From contig JANWIN010000012.1 in the NCBI GenBank assembly GCA_025449905.1, positions 45,318 to 109,317 on the forward strand: a stretch of 64,000 nucleotides of DNA, written 5' to 3'. Source of the stretch: Candidatus Saccharimonadales bacterium (GTDB lineage Bacteria > Patescibacteriota > Saccharimonadia > Saccharimonadales > JANWIN01). The notes below the pieces were generated by a model. The model saw only the letters and a list, made by a program, of their open reading frames with translations, searched no databases and was not told where the DNA came from. Shown in pieces: positions 17,913 to 27,808 of the stretch; positions within the stretch are counted from its first letter, which is position 1; the number at the start of each line of letters is the position of its first letter. The position numbers and the translations under genes are program-made.

Positions 17913-19505
17913 ATGAAGCGTTGGATAAACCGAGCTAATACCAAGTTGTCCTTTGGCAACGCCACTATGCTTTTAATTATTGTGGCGCTTTTGGGCCAGG
18001 TTTTAGGATTTTTCCGAAACCGTTTGCTGGTGGCCAACTTTGCTAAAACTGATCCCGGTAGCACCGATGCTTTTTTCGCTGCCTTTCAAATACCTGACTT
18101 CTTTTTCTTCACTATTGCCGCCGGTGCCCTAGGCGTAGCCTTTATACCCATCTTGTCAGACCGATTGCAAAAAGGCGACCGCAAAGGACTGTGGGAAATT
18201 ACCAGTAGCTTATTTAACCTGCTAACAATCATTATGTTTTTTGCGGCTATTATTATTTTTGTTTTTGCACGGCCCTTACTTAGCAATATTGTTGCCCCAA
18301 ATTTAACGCCTGAGCAGCTTGACCAAGCTACTCAAATAATGCGATTGGTCGCCCTCAACCCGCTATTCTTTACCTTGTCTGGAATAGTTACTAGTGTTCA
18401 ACAGACATTTGGCCGATTTTTCTTCTACGCCATTGCGCCGCTGTTTTATAACCTAGCAATAATTTTTAGCATTTATATTTTTAAGCAAGACCTGGGGGTG
18501 GTGGGGCTTGGTGTCGGTGCTTTAATTGGCGGTAGCCTGCAGCTTCTGGTTGCCACGATGGGAATGTGGGGACTTGGCTTTCGCTATTATTTCCATATCA
18601 ACTTTAAGTCAACCGACTTCAAGAAAGTTATGAATGCCTTGCCGGCTCGTTCCATTGATCAGGGAATCGACTCTATTAACAGCATAGTCGAGACTAATCG
18701 CGCCATCGCTTTAGGCAAAGGCCCAGCCACTTGGTATAACCTAAGCACCACACTTATGCATGTACCAGTGATGCTATTCGGTACAGCCATATCGACTGCC
18801 GCCTTTCCGCGCTTGACTGAACGCTTAAGCCAAAATCGCCCCGATTTATTTCACAAAGAATTTTTTAAAGTTTTGCATTTAATGATTTGGCTAGCTATGC
18901 CAGTTGTGGTGGTGTCTTACTTTGCCCGCGGCTACTTGGCTCGTATAATTTTCGGAGAACCAATTCCAGAAGTTGCCTTAATATTTGGCTTCTTATGCGT
19001 AGCTATACTATTTCGCATAATTTATACAATCGTCTCACGTTATTTTTATGCGCAGAAAGATACCAAAACTCCACTGTTTGTTTCATTATTTGCCATTGGC
19101 ATAAATATAATCTTGGCCTACACACTGGCCACAAAAAATTCTTACGGCATTGCTGGATTAGCCATAGCACAGTCAATCACTGCCGTAGTAGAAGTGGTTT
19201 TGTTATTTATTATCATGTTCATTCGCGATCGTTACTTACTAAACGCCAAATTCTGGCTATCAATTTTGCGGATATTTTCAGTTACCGGTTTTAGCGTAGT
19301 AGCGGCCTTTATAATGGTTTCGCTTTTGCCACTGGAAGTTACCGACAAAGGTTTTGCCACTTTAGTGTTTAAATTTGGCGCTATTGCGATCGCTACAATA
19401 TCTGTACATATTACGATGTCGTTAATTTTCGGCTTGGAAGAAGCTAAGCCGGTGGTAAGAAAAATTCGTCAAATATTGTTCCGGCCCGTCAAGCTGGAAA
19501 TTTAA
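17913..19505 (+). CDS. murJ: lipid II flippase MurJ (MviN family)
   Basis: 530 aa polytopic protein, N-terminal LGQVLGFFRNRLLVANFA typical of MurJ. Confidence 0.8.
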   Translation: MKRWINRANTKLSFGNATMLLIIVALLGQVLGFFRNRLLVANFAKTDPGSTDAFFAAFQIPDFFFFTIAAGALGVAFIPILSDRLQKGDRKGLWEITSSLFNLLTIIMFFAAIIIFVFARPLLSNIVAPNLTPEQLDQATQIMRLVALNPLFFTLSGIVTSVQQTFGRFFFYAIAPLFYNLAIIFSIYIFKQDLGVVGLGVGALIGGSLQLLVATMGMWGLGFRYYFHINFKSTDFKKVMNALPARSIDQGIDSINSIVETNRAIALGKGPATWYNLSTTLMHVPVMLFGTAISTAAFPRLTERLSQNRPDLFHKEFFKVLHLMIWLAMPVVVVSYFARGYLARIIFGEPIPEVALIFGFLCVAILFRIIYTIVSRYFYAQKDTKTPLFVSLFAIGINIILAYTLATKNSYGIAGLAIAQSITAVVEVVLLFIIMFIRDRYLLNAKFWLSILRIFSVTGFSVVAAFIMVSLLPLEVTDKGFATLVFKFGAIAIATISVHITMSLIFGLEEAKPVVRKIRQILFRPVKLEI

Positions 19506-19525
19506 CCCTGATATACTCTTAGGAC

Positions 19526-21307
19526 ATGGACCAAAGCAAGATTCGCAACTTCTGTATTATTGCGCACATCGACCATGGCAAAAGTACGCTGGCAGACCGT
19601 TTGCTGGAATTGACCGGTACGGTCGAAAAACGGGCGATGAAAAATCAGTTACTGGATCAAATGGATTTAGAGCGCGAGCGCGGCATCACTATTAAACTTC
19701 AGCCAGTCCGCATGAGTTATAAAGACCATGAACTAAACCTTATAGATACACCGGGGCATGTCGATTTTAGTTATGAAGTTTCGCGTAGCCTTGCTGCCTG
19801 CGAGAGCGCAATACTGGTGGTTGACGCCACCCAGGGCATCCAGGCCCAAACCTTATCCAATATTTATTTGGCACTATCCGCCAATCTAAAGATAATCCCC
19901 GTACTTAATAAAATTGATTTAGCGGCTGCTGATACTCAAAAAACATCAAAAGAAATTGTTGGCTTGCTGGGCTGTGACGAGAAAGATATTTTATTAGTTT
20001 CGGCTAAAACCGGTGAAGGGGTAGAAGTTGTTCTAGATAAAATTATCAGCGAAACTCCTCCGCCAAATGGTGAAGCCGATAAGCCGCTTCGGGCGCTGGT
20101 GTTTGACAGTTATTACGATGATTACCGCGGCGTAATTTTGTATGTACGGGTTATGGATGGGCAAATTGCTAAAAACAGTCAAATTAAAATGATGGCCACC
20201 ACCGCCGAAGGCATTGCCCTCGAAGTTGGTTCCCTAAAACCGGATATGAATAGTGCTGCCAGCCTGCAAAGTGGAGAAATTGGCTACATTGTCACTAGCC
20301 TAAAAAGTGCTCATGAAGCCCGCGTTGGTGACACAGTCTCACTTGTATCTAAACCGGCTCAAGAACCGCTGGCCGGCTACAAAGAAATTAGGCCATTTGT
20401 CTACGCCGGCTTTTTCCCAATCAGCAATGAGGACTATCAAGACCTAAAAGAGGCTGTTGAAAAATTAAGTCTAAGCGATTCGTCCCTGCAGTTTACGACT
20501 GAAAATTCACAAGTTCTTGGTTTCGGGCTAAGGATTGGTTTCTTGGGTCTTTTGCATCTAGACATTGTCCGCGAGCGTTTGGAGCGCGAGTATAACCTTG
20601 AGCTAATTATCACTAATCCGTCGACCGATTACGAGGTTATACTAACCAGTGGTGAAAATTTGGACTTAAAAAATGCCGCTGAACTACCAGATGTCTCTAA
20701 TGTCATGGAAATAAAAGAACCTTGGATAAAAGGTGAAATAGTCGTGCCCAAAAACTATGTTGGAGCGATTTTGCAACTAGTGGCTGGTAAAAGGGGGCAT
20801 CAAAAGAATGTATCGTATATGGAAGGTGACTTAGCGGTTGTTGACTTTGAAGCGCCACTGGCTAATTTACTAACAGATTTTTATGATCAGCTAAAAAGCA
20901 TTACCAGCGGTTACGGCTCATTCAATTATGAACTGGCCGATTATCGGGCAGAAGACCTAGTCCGCTTAGACTTTTACGTCGCTGGCGAGATAATTAACAT
21001 GTTAAGTATTATTGTGCATCGCAGCGAAGCCGAAACGTTAGGCCGTCGAACCGTTGAAAAACTCAAAGACGTAATTCCCCGCCAGCAGTTTAAAGTTAGC
21101 CTGCAAGCAGCCATTGGCGGCAAGTTTATAGCCCGTGAAGACATCAGTGCCTACCGAAAGGATGTAACGACTGGTTTATACGGTGGCGATGTTACACGCA
21201 AGAAAAAACAACTAGCCAAGCAAAAGAAGGGCAAAGAACGACTCAAAAAATTTGGCAAGGTTGATATTCCACCCGAGGCCTTCACTGTTATGCTCAGACG
21301 CGATTAG
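19526..21307 (+). CDS. lepA: elongation factor 4 (LepA)
   Basis: G1 AHIDHGKST, DTPGHVDF, NKID; LepA-specific C-terminal domain. Confidence 0.95.
   Translation: MDQSKIRNFCIIAHIDHGKSTLADRLLELTGTVEKRAMKNQLLDQMDLERERGITIKLQPVRMSYKDHELNLIDTPGHVDFSYEVSRSLAACESAILVVDATQGIQAQTLSNIYLALSANLKIIPVLNKIDLAAADTQKTSKEIVGLLGCDEKDILLVSAKTGEGVEVVLDKIISETPPPNGEADKPLRALVFDSYYDDYRGVILYVRVMDGQIAKNSQIKMMATTAEGIALEVGSLKPDMNSAASLQSGEIGYIVTSLKSAHEARVGDTVSLVSKPAQEPLAGYKEIRPFVYAGFFPISNEDYQDLKEAVEKLSLSDSSLQFTTENSQVLGFGLRIGFLGLLHLDIVRERLEREYNLELIITNPSTDYEVILTSGENLDLKNAAELPDVSNVMEIKEPWIKGEIVVPKNYVGAILQLVAGKRGHQKNVSYMEGDLAVVDFEAPLANLLTDFYDQLKSITSGYGSFNYELADYRAEDLVRLDFYVAGEIINMLSIIVHRSEAETLGRRTVEKLKDVIPRQQFKVSLQAAIGGKFIAREDISAYRKDVTTGLYGGDVTRKKKQLAKQKKGKERLKKFGKVDIPPEAFTVMLRRD
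20994..21005. repeat. TTAACATGTTAA palindrome copy 3 (inside lepA, read as INMLS)
   Basis: Perfect 12-mer with right flank GTATT. Confidence 0.9.
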
Positions 21308-21764
21308 CAGCTTTTAAAGCTTTTGATACATAAAACTGTATAGCCGGTAAAACTTTCCACTTTGGATCTTTAACTTCTGTGAGATTAAACCAGCGGATTT
21401 CGTTGTGTTCATTTGCAGCCAGTTTGACTTTATTCGTCTTAGCAACTGCAAAATAATGAAGGGCAATATGTTGATGACGGTCATTATAATTATGAATATC
21501 CATATAGTTCGGGACAAACAAAGGCTTATACTTAAAGGCTTTTGTACTTTCCAGTTTTGGTTTTACACCGATGATTTTAACCTTTAGACCGCATTCTTCC
21601 ATAACCTCGCGATGTAAAGCTTCTTCCGGGTCTTCATCAAGCTCAATATGTCCACCAATGGGTAGCCAAGTTTTCAGTTTTTTGTGATGAATTAGCAGAA
21701 CCTTATCTTGATAAACAATAAAAGCATTGACTACGAAATCAATCTTTTCATGAATATGGGCCAT
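21294..21764 (-). CDS. NUDIX hydrolase
   Basis: Nudix box GGHIELDEDPEEALHREVMEECGL; 14-nt convergent overlap with lepA. Confidence 0.85.
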   Translation of the reverse strand: MAHIHEKIDFVVNAFIVYQDKVLLIHHKKLKTWLPIGGHIELDEDPEEALHREVMEECGLKVKIIGVKPKLESTKAFKYKPLFVPNYMDIHNYNDRHQHIALHYFAVAKTNKVKLAANEHNEIRWFNLTEVKDPKWKVLPAIQFYVSKALKAANRV

Positions 21765-22396
21765 CAGCTATTCCTATTCGAAAATTCTAGCAGCTTGTTA
21801 ATAATTTCTTTCGTTACTGCGTCTATGGCTAATTCGCCGTTAATTTCAACTAGCAAGCCCTTCTGGCGATAAAATTCAATGACCGGTAAAGTTTTGTCCT
21901 TGTATTCTCTCAAGCGAGTTTTTAAACCTTCAGAAGTATCATCAACTCTTTTTCCTCTATCCTTCTGTTCTCTGGCAATTTTCCAGCGTTTCCAAACCTC
22001 TTCTTCACCCAACCTAAGTAGGATAGCCGCTTTTAACGGATGTCCAGACTCTGTTGCGGCTTCCATGATACTCTGTTCTTCTCCTTGCCATCTGCCAACT
22101 GCGCTTAATATCAGAGGCTTTCCGTCAAATGCGGCTCTACTAAAATATGGTAGAACCATTTCCAAATAATCATTTTGTGGTGCCAGTATACCGGTATCAA
22201 TAACTTTTTTGACGTCGTCACGCTTGCTGTTGCGGAGAATATCACCGCCGCCAACTAGCTTACCGCCAAAAATCTTCGCCAATAATTGCCCTTGAGTATC
22301 CTTGCCAGAAAATTGGATACCTAATAAATTAATGGAACCTGTCCCTAGCCATTTTTTTATTATTTCTACCTGTTTTTCCAGACCACCAATATCCAT
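21764..22396 (-). CDS. adenylate kinase-like nucleoside monophosphate kinase (atypical P-loop)
   Basis: LLGIQFSGKDTQ..GGGDILR aligns to AK GxPGxGKGTQ..STGDxLR; ATG 22396 sits 6 nt after a TATAAT (22408-22403) so the TTG start at 22435 in the track is unlikely. Confidence 0.6.
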   Translation of the reverse strand: MDIGGLEKQVEIIKKWLGTGSINLLGIQFSGKDTQGQLLAKIFGGKLVGGGDILRNSKRDDVKKVIDTGILAPQNDYLEMVLPYFSRAAFDGKPLILSAVGRWQGEEQSIMEAATESGHPLKAAILLRLGEEEVWKRWKIAREQKDRGKRVDDTSEGLKTRLREYKDKTLPVIEFYRQKGLLVEINGELAIDAVTKEIINKLLEFSNRNS

Positions 22397-22433
22397 AACT
22401 GAATTATATCTAGTAAGAAAGCTAGCGCAAACC

Positions 22434-22479
22434 AAAATTGTCCAGAATCGTGACGATCGTCACAAAATTGTACAATTTT
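22434..22479. repeat. 46-bp three-dyad palindromic element, copy L1
   Basis: AAAATTGTccag-N4-GTGACGATCGTCAC-N4-AAAATTGTACAATTTT; dyad centres 15 bp apart; between divergent promoters. Confidence 0.7.
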
Positions 22480-22484
22480 GGGTG

Positions 22485-22511
22485 TTGGCACTCTTGACTG
22501 GCGAGTGCTAA
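22485..22511 (+). promoter_or_regulatory. CIRCE operator 1 (HrcA binding site)
   Basis: TTGGCACTC-N9-GAGTGCTAA vs consensus TTAGCACTC-N9-GAGTGCTAA; overlaps TTGACT -35. Confidence 0.85.
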
Positions 22512-22520
22512 TTTGTTAAG

Positions 22521-22547
22521 CTAGCACTACATTAATGCGAGTGCCAT
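22521..22547 (+). promoter_or_regulatory. CIRCE operator 2 (degenerate)
   Basis: CTAGCACTA-N9-GAGTGCCAT, overlaps hrcA start codon. Confidence 0.55.
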
Positions 22548-23253
22548 GTTAACAGATAGACAGAGTAAGATATTAGCCGCTATTATCGAGCAATATGCCG
22601 AAGTTGCAGCTCCAGTAGGTTCCAACCTGCTAGCTAAGGCTTTTGAGGTTAGTTCAGCGACTATTCGCGCTGACATGGCTCATCTGGAGGACGAAGGCTA
22701 TATCAAACAGCCACACACCAGCGCAGGCCGTATCCCAACAGATAAAGGCTACCGTTTGTACGTTAATAACTTGAGCGAAGACAAACCGCAAATTACCGAA
22801 GGACGCGGTGAAAAAGCCTTAATGGCCCGCGTGGAAAGCGGCGGCCAGCCGGAGCGAACTATTCGCAACGCTGTTGATACGCTAGTGGAACTAACACATA
22901 ACCTGGGTCTAGCCACTATTGGCAACCAGTTGTACATGAGTGGTTTGTCAAATTTATTTGGCCAGCCGGAGTTTATGAACAAGGGCCAGGTCCAGGAGGT
23001 TGCGAGGCTTCTGGACAACCTTGAACCGTGGCTGAGGGAAGCTTCACCTAATGAACCGCTAAGTGTTTACATCGGCCAAGAAAACCCAGTTGGTGGAGCG
23101 GCCGGTTGTTCACTGATTATTAGCCGTTTCCGTAGCCCATATAGTGACCGCAGTTACATTGGTACCCTTGGCCCAACCCGCCAGAGCTACCGCGACGTTA
23201 TGCAGTTGGTTAGCCGCGCCGGCCGAACGTTGGAGGAAGTGCTTTATGCCTAA
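22546..23253 (+). CDS. hrcA: heat-inducible transcription repressor HrcA (short form, 235 aa)
   Basis: N-terminal wHTH MLTDRQSKILAAIIEQY..PVGS..L; position upstream of grpE-dnaK and CIRCE. Confidence 0.85.
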   Translation: MLTDRQSKILAAIIEQYAEVAAPVGSNLLAKAFEVSSATIRADMAHLEDEGYIKQPHTSAGRIPTDKGYRLYVNNLSEDKPQITEGRGEKALMARVESGGQPERTIRNAVDTLVELTHNLGLATIGNQLYMSGLSNLFGQPEFMNKGQVQEVARLLDNLEPWLREASPNEPLSVYIGQENPVGGAAGCSLIISRFRSPYSDRSYIGTLGPTRQSYRDVMQLVSRAGRTLEEVLYA

Positions 23254-23683
23254 AAAACCGACTAACAAGGAACTAACCGAAGCTTTAAAACGCGAGCGAG
23301 CCGATGCTGTAAATTTGCGGCGCCAGTACGAAGAGCAAATTGTTGGTCTCAAAGACATGGTCAAAGCCAACGTTATTCAAGAATTATTACCAGTCATTGA
23401 TAATTTTGAACGAGCACTGAAGCATGTACCAAAAGATCTAGAAAAGAATGATTACATAAAAGGTGTCCAGGCGGTGGTTAAACAATTCGAAGGTATTTTA
23501 GTAAATATGGGCGTCGAGAAGATTAAAACTGTTGGCGAGCACTTTAATCCGCATCTGCATGAGGCGATGAGCGTTGAAGGCGATGGTCATAGCGAAGTTG
23601 TCACCGAAGAAACCCAAGCGGGCTATAAAATCGGCGATGACGTTATCCGCCATGCAATGGTTAAGGTAAAAAGGAGTAAATAG
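23246..23683 (+). CDS. grpE: nucleotide exchange factor GrpE
   Basis: ATG 23246 overlaps hrcA stop by 8 nt; GrpE pattern LLPVIDNFERAL, FNPHLHEAM. Confidence 0.85.
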   Translation: MPKKPTNKELTEALKRERADAVNLRRQYEEQIVGLKDMVKANVIQELLPVIDNFERALKHVPKDLEKNDYIKGVQAVVKQFEGILVNMGVEKIKTVGEHFNPHLHEAMSVEGDGHSEVVTEETQAGYKIGDDVIRHAMVKVKRSK

Positions 23684-23982
23684 TGAGCACTACGAATTTT
23701 TTAAATTTTGATAGTCCGGTTATCGAATTGACCGACTTGGCAAAGCTTGCAGCAGAAGAAAAAGAATATATGGACTGCGGTATTACTCTTGAAGAAGTAT
23801 ATTCTGCAGGTGACTTGGCATGGATGGAGCACCGTGAACCTGGTTCAATTGAAAAAATTGATGCTCTTGGTAATGCAAAAACAGCCCGCTCTTTTAAATG
23901 TGCTAAAAGAATTGTTGGAGGTGAATGCTTATTTTTTCAAATAAGAGAAGATCTAATAAATGTAGGAGGAACACATGAGTAA
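23683..23982 (+). CDS. hypothetical protein embedded between grpE and dnaK (99 aa)
   Basis: GTG overlapping grpE TAG; AAGGAG RBS 8 nt upstream; 8-nt overlap with dnaK. Confidence 0.65.
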   Translation: MSTTNFLNFDSPVIELTDLAKLAAEEKEYMDCGITLEEVYSAGDLAWMEHREPGSIEKIDALGNAKTARSFKCAKRIVGGECLFFQIREDLINVGGTHE

Positions 23983-25894
23983 AATTATAGGAATCGATTT
24001 AGGTACAACTAACAGCGCCATGGCTGTTATGCAAGCTGGCAAGCCGGAAATTATTGCTAACAGCGAAGGTGCTCGTACCACGCCAAGCGTCGTGGCAGTT
24101 AATAAAAATGGCGAACGCTTAGTTGGCCAAGTAGCTCGTCGCCAGCAAGTAACTAACTCAGCCAATACTATTTATGAAGTCAAGCGACTGATTGGTCGAC
24201 GCTGGGAAGATAAAGAAGTCCAGCGCGACATAAAGCTTATGGGCTACGAAATGGTCAAAAGCGGACAAGGCGTCAAAGTCAAAATGGGCGACAAAGAGTA
24301 CAGCCCTGAGGAAATAAGCGCCATGATTCTTTCCAAGCTAAAAGCCGACTCCGAAAGCTTCTTGAATGACACAGTAACCGAAGCGGTCATTACTGTACCG
24401 GCTTACTTTGATGACAGCCAACGCCAAGCCACCAAAGACGCCGGCAAAATTGCCGGGTTGGAAGTTAAGCGCATCATAAATGAACCGACCGCCGCCGCAC
24501 TAGCTTATGGTCTTGATAAGGATGGCAAAAAAGATGAGAAAATTGCGGTCTTTGACCTTGGCGGCGGAACTTTTGACATTTCTATCCTCGAACTGGGTGA
24601 CGGTGTTTTTGAAGTTAAAAGTACCAGTGGTGATACTCACCTTGGCGGTGCAGACTTTGACCGCGTGCTGGTAAATTACTTTGCTGAAGAATTTAAAAAA
24701 GAAAGCGGCATTGATATTAGCAGTGACAAAGCCGCTATGCAGAGACTACGTGATGAAGCTGAAAAAGCCAAGATTGAACTATCTAGCACCAACGAAATTA
24801 ACATTAACCTGCCATTCTTGACGGCTGATGCTGAAGGCCCAAAGCACTTTGAGCACAAATTAACCCGTGCTAAGCTAGAAAGTTTAGTTGCAGATTTAAT
24901 TGAAAAAACTGCCGGTCCATCGGAAAAGGCATTGAAGGATGCCGGTCTGAAAGCCAGCGACATTGACGCCATTGTGCTAGTGGGCGGTATGACTCGCATG
25001 CCAGCGGTAGTTAAAAAAGTTAAAGACATTTTTGGCAAAGATCCACTGAAAGGTGTAAACCCCGACGAAGTTGTGGCCATTGGCGCTGCTATCCAAGCTG
25101 GCGTGCTGCAGGGCGACGTTAAAGACGTTCTGCTACTAGACGTTACCCCGCTAAGTTTTGGTATCGAGACACTAGGCGGCGTGGCCACCAAGCTAATTGA
25201 GCGCAACACCACTATCCCAACCAGCAAGAGCGAAATATTTTCAACCGCTGCCGATAATCAACCGCAGGTAGAAATTAATGTCGTTCAGGGTGAGCGCGAA
25301 ATGGTTGCTGACAACAAATCACTTGGCCGCTTTGTGCTAGACGGCATCCCGCCGGCACCACGAGGTGTACCGCAAATTGAAGTGACTTTTAACATTGACG
25401 CCAACGGTATTCTGAACGTTACGGCGAAAGACAAAGGATCCGGCAAAGAACAGAGTATTACCATTCAAAACAGTGGCAATCTGGACAAAGCAGAGGTTGA
25501 GAAGATGACCAAAGACGCTGAGGCTCATGCCGATGAAGATAAGAAACTTCGCGAAGCTATTGATGCCCGCAACTTATTGGATAGTGCTATTTACCAAGCC
25601 GACAAATTAAAGACCGACCACAAAGACAAGCTAGAAGACACGGACATGAAAACTTTGAATGAAGCTGTTGACGCGGCCAAAAAAATTGCCGGTGATGATA
25701 AGGCCGACAAAGATACGATTGAGGCGGCTACGAAAGATCTGAACGATAAAATCATGCCGATTGGTGCAAAAATGTACGATCAAGCAAAGCCTGAAGATGG
25801 CGAGGAAAAATCTGACGTAAAGAAAGCCAATGACAAAAAAGACAAGGACGAACCGGTCGAAGGCGAAGTAGTAGATGACAAGGAGAAAAAATGA
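23975..25894 (+). CDS. dnaK: molecular chaperone DnaK (Hsp70)
   Basis: [28 protein letters not shown]. Confidence 0.97.
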   Translation: MSKIIGIDLGTTNSAMAVMQAGKPEIIANSEGARTTPSVVAVNKNGERLVGQVARRQQVTNSANTIYEVKRLIGRRWEDKEVQRDIKLMGYEMVKSGQGVKVKMGDKEYSPEEISAMILSKLKADSESFLNDTVTEAVITVPAYFDDSQRQATKDAGKIAGLEVKRIINEPTAAALAYGLDKDGKKDEKIAVFDLGGGTFDISILELGDGVFEVKSTSGDTHLGGADFDRVLVNYFAEEFKKESGIDISSDKAAMQRLRDEAEKAKIELSSTNEININLPFLTADAEGPKHFEHKLTRAKLESLVADLIEKTAGPSEKALKDAGLKASDIDAIVLVGGMTRMPAVVKKVKDIFGKDPLKGVNPDEVVAIGAAIQAGVLQGDVKDVLLLDVTPLSFGIETLGGVATKLIERNTTIPTSKSEIFSTAADNQPQVEINVVQGEREMVADNKSLGRFVLDGIPPAPRGVPQIEVTFNIDANGILNVTAKDKGSGKEQSITIQNSGNLDKAEVEKMTKDAEAHADEDKKLREAIDARNLLDSAIYQADKLKTDHKDKLEDTDMKTLNEAVDAAKKIAGDDKADKDTIEAATKDLNDKIMPIGAKMYDQAKPEDGEEKSDVKKANDKKDKDEPVEGEVVDDKEKK

Positions 25895-26139
25895 TGGCTG
25901 AAAAAGTTGACTCGGTTCACGAAATTGCCTTTGGGCAGACTATGGCTACCCTTGGAAGCCTACAGCTAGGTGAAACAATAACTTTAGAAGAAGTATTTCA
26001 CGATGTTGGGCAGAGACTTGTTGCTGAGGGGCTAGTTCCAGACTTTTATGGTACAGATGAATGGGCTCAAGTTATGGCCGAAGAATTTAGTAAGAACAAA
26101 ACAGTGCCTGAAGAAGTGGTAGGCAACAAGGAAAAATAA
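25891..26139 (+). CDS. hypothetical acidic protein embedded between dnaK and dnaJ (82 aa)
   Basis: ATGA start/stop overlap with dnaK; AAGGAG RBS. Confidence 0.65.
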   Translation: MMAEKVDSVHEIAFGQTMATLGSLQLGETITLEEVFHDVGQRLVAEGLVPDFYGTDEWAQVMAEEFSKNKTVPEEVVGNKEK

Positions 26140-26708
26140 TGACAGTTGAAACGCCAAAACTCTCTGAAGATTTTAGCGACTTCCTTATCAAAGCTAAGCA
26201 ACATGGCTATGGCTCTGGTGATGTTCAAAAGGTTGAAATGGACAACGGGTCAACGACTATCGTCTACTATGGCGATGGCATACGATACATGGATTCGTAT
26301 GCTGGCGGTATCCCTTATTCCGGCTATGAACACGTATCAGCTAGAGTGGAAGATGGTACTCGCAGATATGTGCCAATATGGGCGATGTCATACCGTGGGA
26401 AAACCTTAAACTCAGATATTGAAGATGAATCACTGGGTAGCTTATTAGGTGAATTTTTAGTTACACCGGAAGCAGCTTTGCCCATTCGTGGTCCATTTAA
26501 CGCTTTAGATGCCACAAAAAAGTACAGGTATCGATTAACGCATGCGGCCACAACAACCAGCTTAAACGAGTTCGACGCAGGAGAAGCAGTGTACTTACAC
26601 GAAGATAACCGTATGATCTACACTGCTCGCTTCATTGGGGGTGTTGTTAATAACAATTTGGGTATTCATAAGCTAGCTCCAAGATGGTTTGTAGATGGCG
26701 AAGCGTGA
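26139..26708 (+). CDS. hypothetical protein, DUF5680-like by memory (189 aa)
   Basis: TAATG overlap with upstream ORF, 14-nt overlap with dnaJ; pattern F..FL.KAK..GY....Y.D.Y.GG..Y.G.E.V....PIWAMSYRG...RGP. Confidence 0.65.
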   Translation: MTVETPKLSEDFSDFLIKAKQHGYGSGDVQKVEMDNGSTTIVYYGDGIRYMDSYAGGIPYSGYEHVSARVEDGTRRYVPIWAMSYRGKTLNSDIEDESLGSLLGEFLVTPEAALPIRGPFNALDATKKYRYRLTHAATTTSLNEFDAGEAVYLHEDNRMIYTARFIGGVVNNNLGIHKLAPRWFVDGEA

Positions 26709-27804
26709 TTACTACGAAGTGCTGGGAGTTGGTAAAAGCGCCAGTGCTGATGAGGTAAAAAAAGCTTTTCGTAGAAAAGCTATTGAAATGCACCCTGATA
26801 AAGAAGGTGGCGATGAGGTTAAGTTTAAAGAAATTAACGAAGCCTACGAAGTATTAAAAGACGAGAAAAAACGTCAACGCTATGACCAATTTGGTCATGC
26901 TGGTGTTGGCAGTAGTGCGGCTAGTGATGGCGACCCATTTGCCGGCTTTGGCGGGCAAGGCCAAAACATTAATTTCGATTTTGGTGATCTTGGACTGGGC
27001 GACATCTTCAGCAGCTTTTTTGGCGGCGGCTTTAACCAAGCCGGTGGTCGCTCGCAACAAATGCGCGGCCGTGACGTCCAAACGGCGATTGACATAACTT
27101 TTGAACAAGCCGTGTTTGGCACCCAAGTCGATGTCCGATTGAACATAGAAGACAGTTGTGAACACTGCAAAGGTACAACCGTAGAGCCTGGCCATGAGCT
27201 AAAAACCTGCGAAACCTGCAAGGGCAGCGGCCAAGTAGTTAATGTCACTAAAACTATTTTTGGCAACATCCAGCAGGCCAGTATTTGCCGTACCTGCAAT
27301 GGCACCGGCAAGGTACCGGAAAAAGCTTGCACCGTTTGCAAGGGCAAAGGCACGCAAATGAAAAGTCAAACAATCGGATTAAAAATTCCAGCCGGCATTG
27401 ACGATGGCGCTACAATTCGTTTGCGCGAGCACGGCGAAGCCATTGCCAACGGGCCAAAGGGGGATTTATACGTTAACGTGCGGGTTAAATCTCATAAAAA
27501 GTTCACCCGTGAAGGCGATTTAATTTTATCCGAAGAACATTTACCAATGGTTGATGCGGCGCTTGGTACAACCATAGAAGTAGAAACTGTTGATGGCCCG
27601 GTCAAAATGAAAGTTCCGGCTGGCACCCAAAGCGGAACAGATTTTAAATTATCTGATCACGGTGTACCGCATTTGAAAAGCTCTAGTCGAGGCGCGCATA
27701 TTGTGACGGTTTTGGTAGATACTCCAAGAAAACTTACTAAACAACAGCAAGAACTGCTTAAAGAACTCAAATCCCAACAGGGTAAAAAGAAATCGTGGTT
27801 ATAA
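26695..27804 (+). CDS. dnaJ: molecular chaperone DnaJ
   Basis: J-domain with HPD, G/F-rich linker, four CxxCxGxG zinc motifs. Confidence 0.95.
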   Translation: MAKRDYYEVLGVGKSASADEVKKAFRRKAIEMHPDKEGGDEVKFKEINEAYEVLKDEKKRQRYDQFGHAGVGSSAASDGDPFAGFGGQGQNINFDFGDLGLGDIFSSFFGGGFNQAGGRSQQMRGRDVQTAIDITFEQAVFGTQVDVRLNIEDSCEHCKGTTVEPGHELKTCETCKGSGQVVNVTKTIFGNIQQASICRTCNGTGKVPEKACTVCKGKGTQMKSQTIGLKIPAGIDDGATIRLREHGEAIANGPKGDLYVNVRVKSHKKFTREGDLILSEEHLPMVDAALGTTIEVETVDGPVKMKVPAGTQSGTDFKLSDHGVPHLKSSSRGAHIVTVLVDTPRKLTKQQQELLKELKSQQGKKKSWL

Positions 27805-27808
27805 ATTA

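Noticed and set aside
22450-22463. Resemblance of GTGACGATCGTCAC to the enterobacterial matS site (GTGACRNYGTCAC)
   Set aside because: The spacer is 4 nt rather than 3, and MatP is, as far as I know, confined to enterobacteria and Vibrio. The resemblance is probably coincidental. The element is kept only as an unexplained palindrome.
23144-23245. Longer grpE start at 23144 given by the ORF track
   Set aside because: The extra 34 codons overlap hrcA in another frame and look non-protein-like (A/R/P-rich). ATG 23246 gives a normal GrpE N-terminus and classic stop/start coupling.
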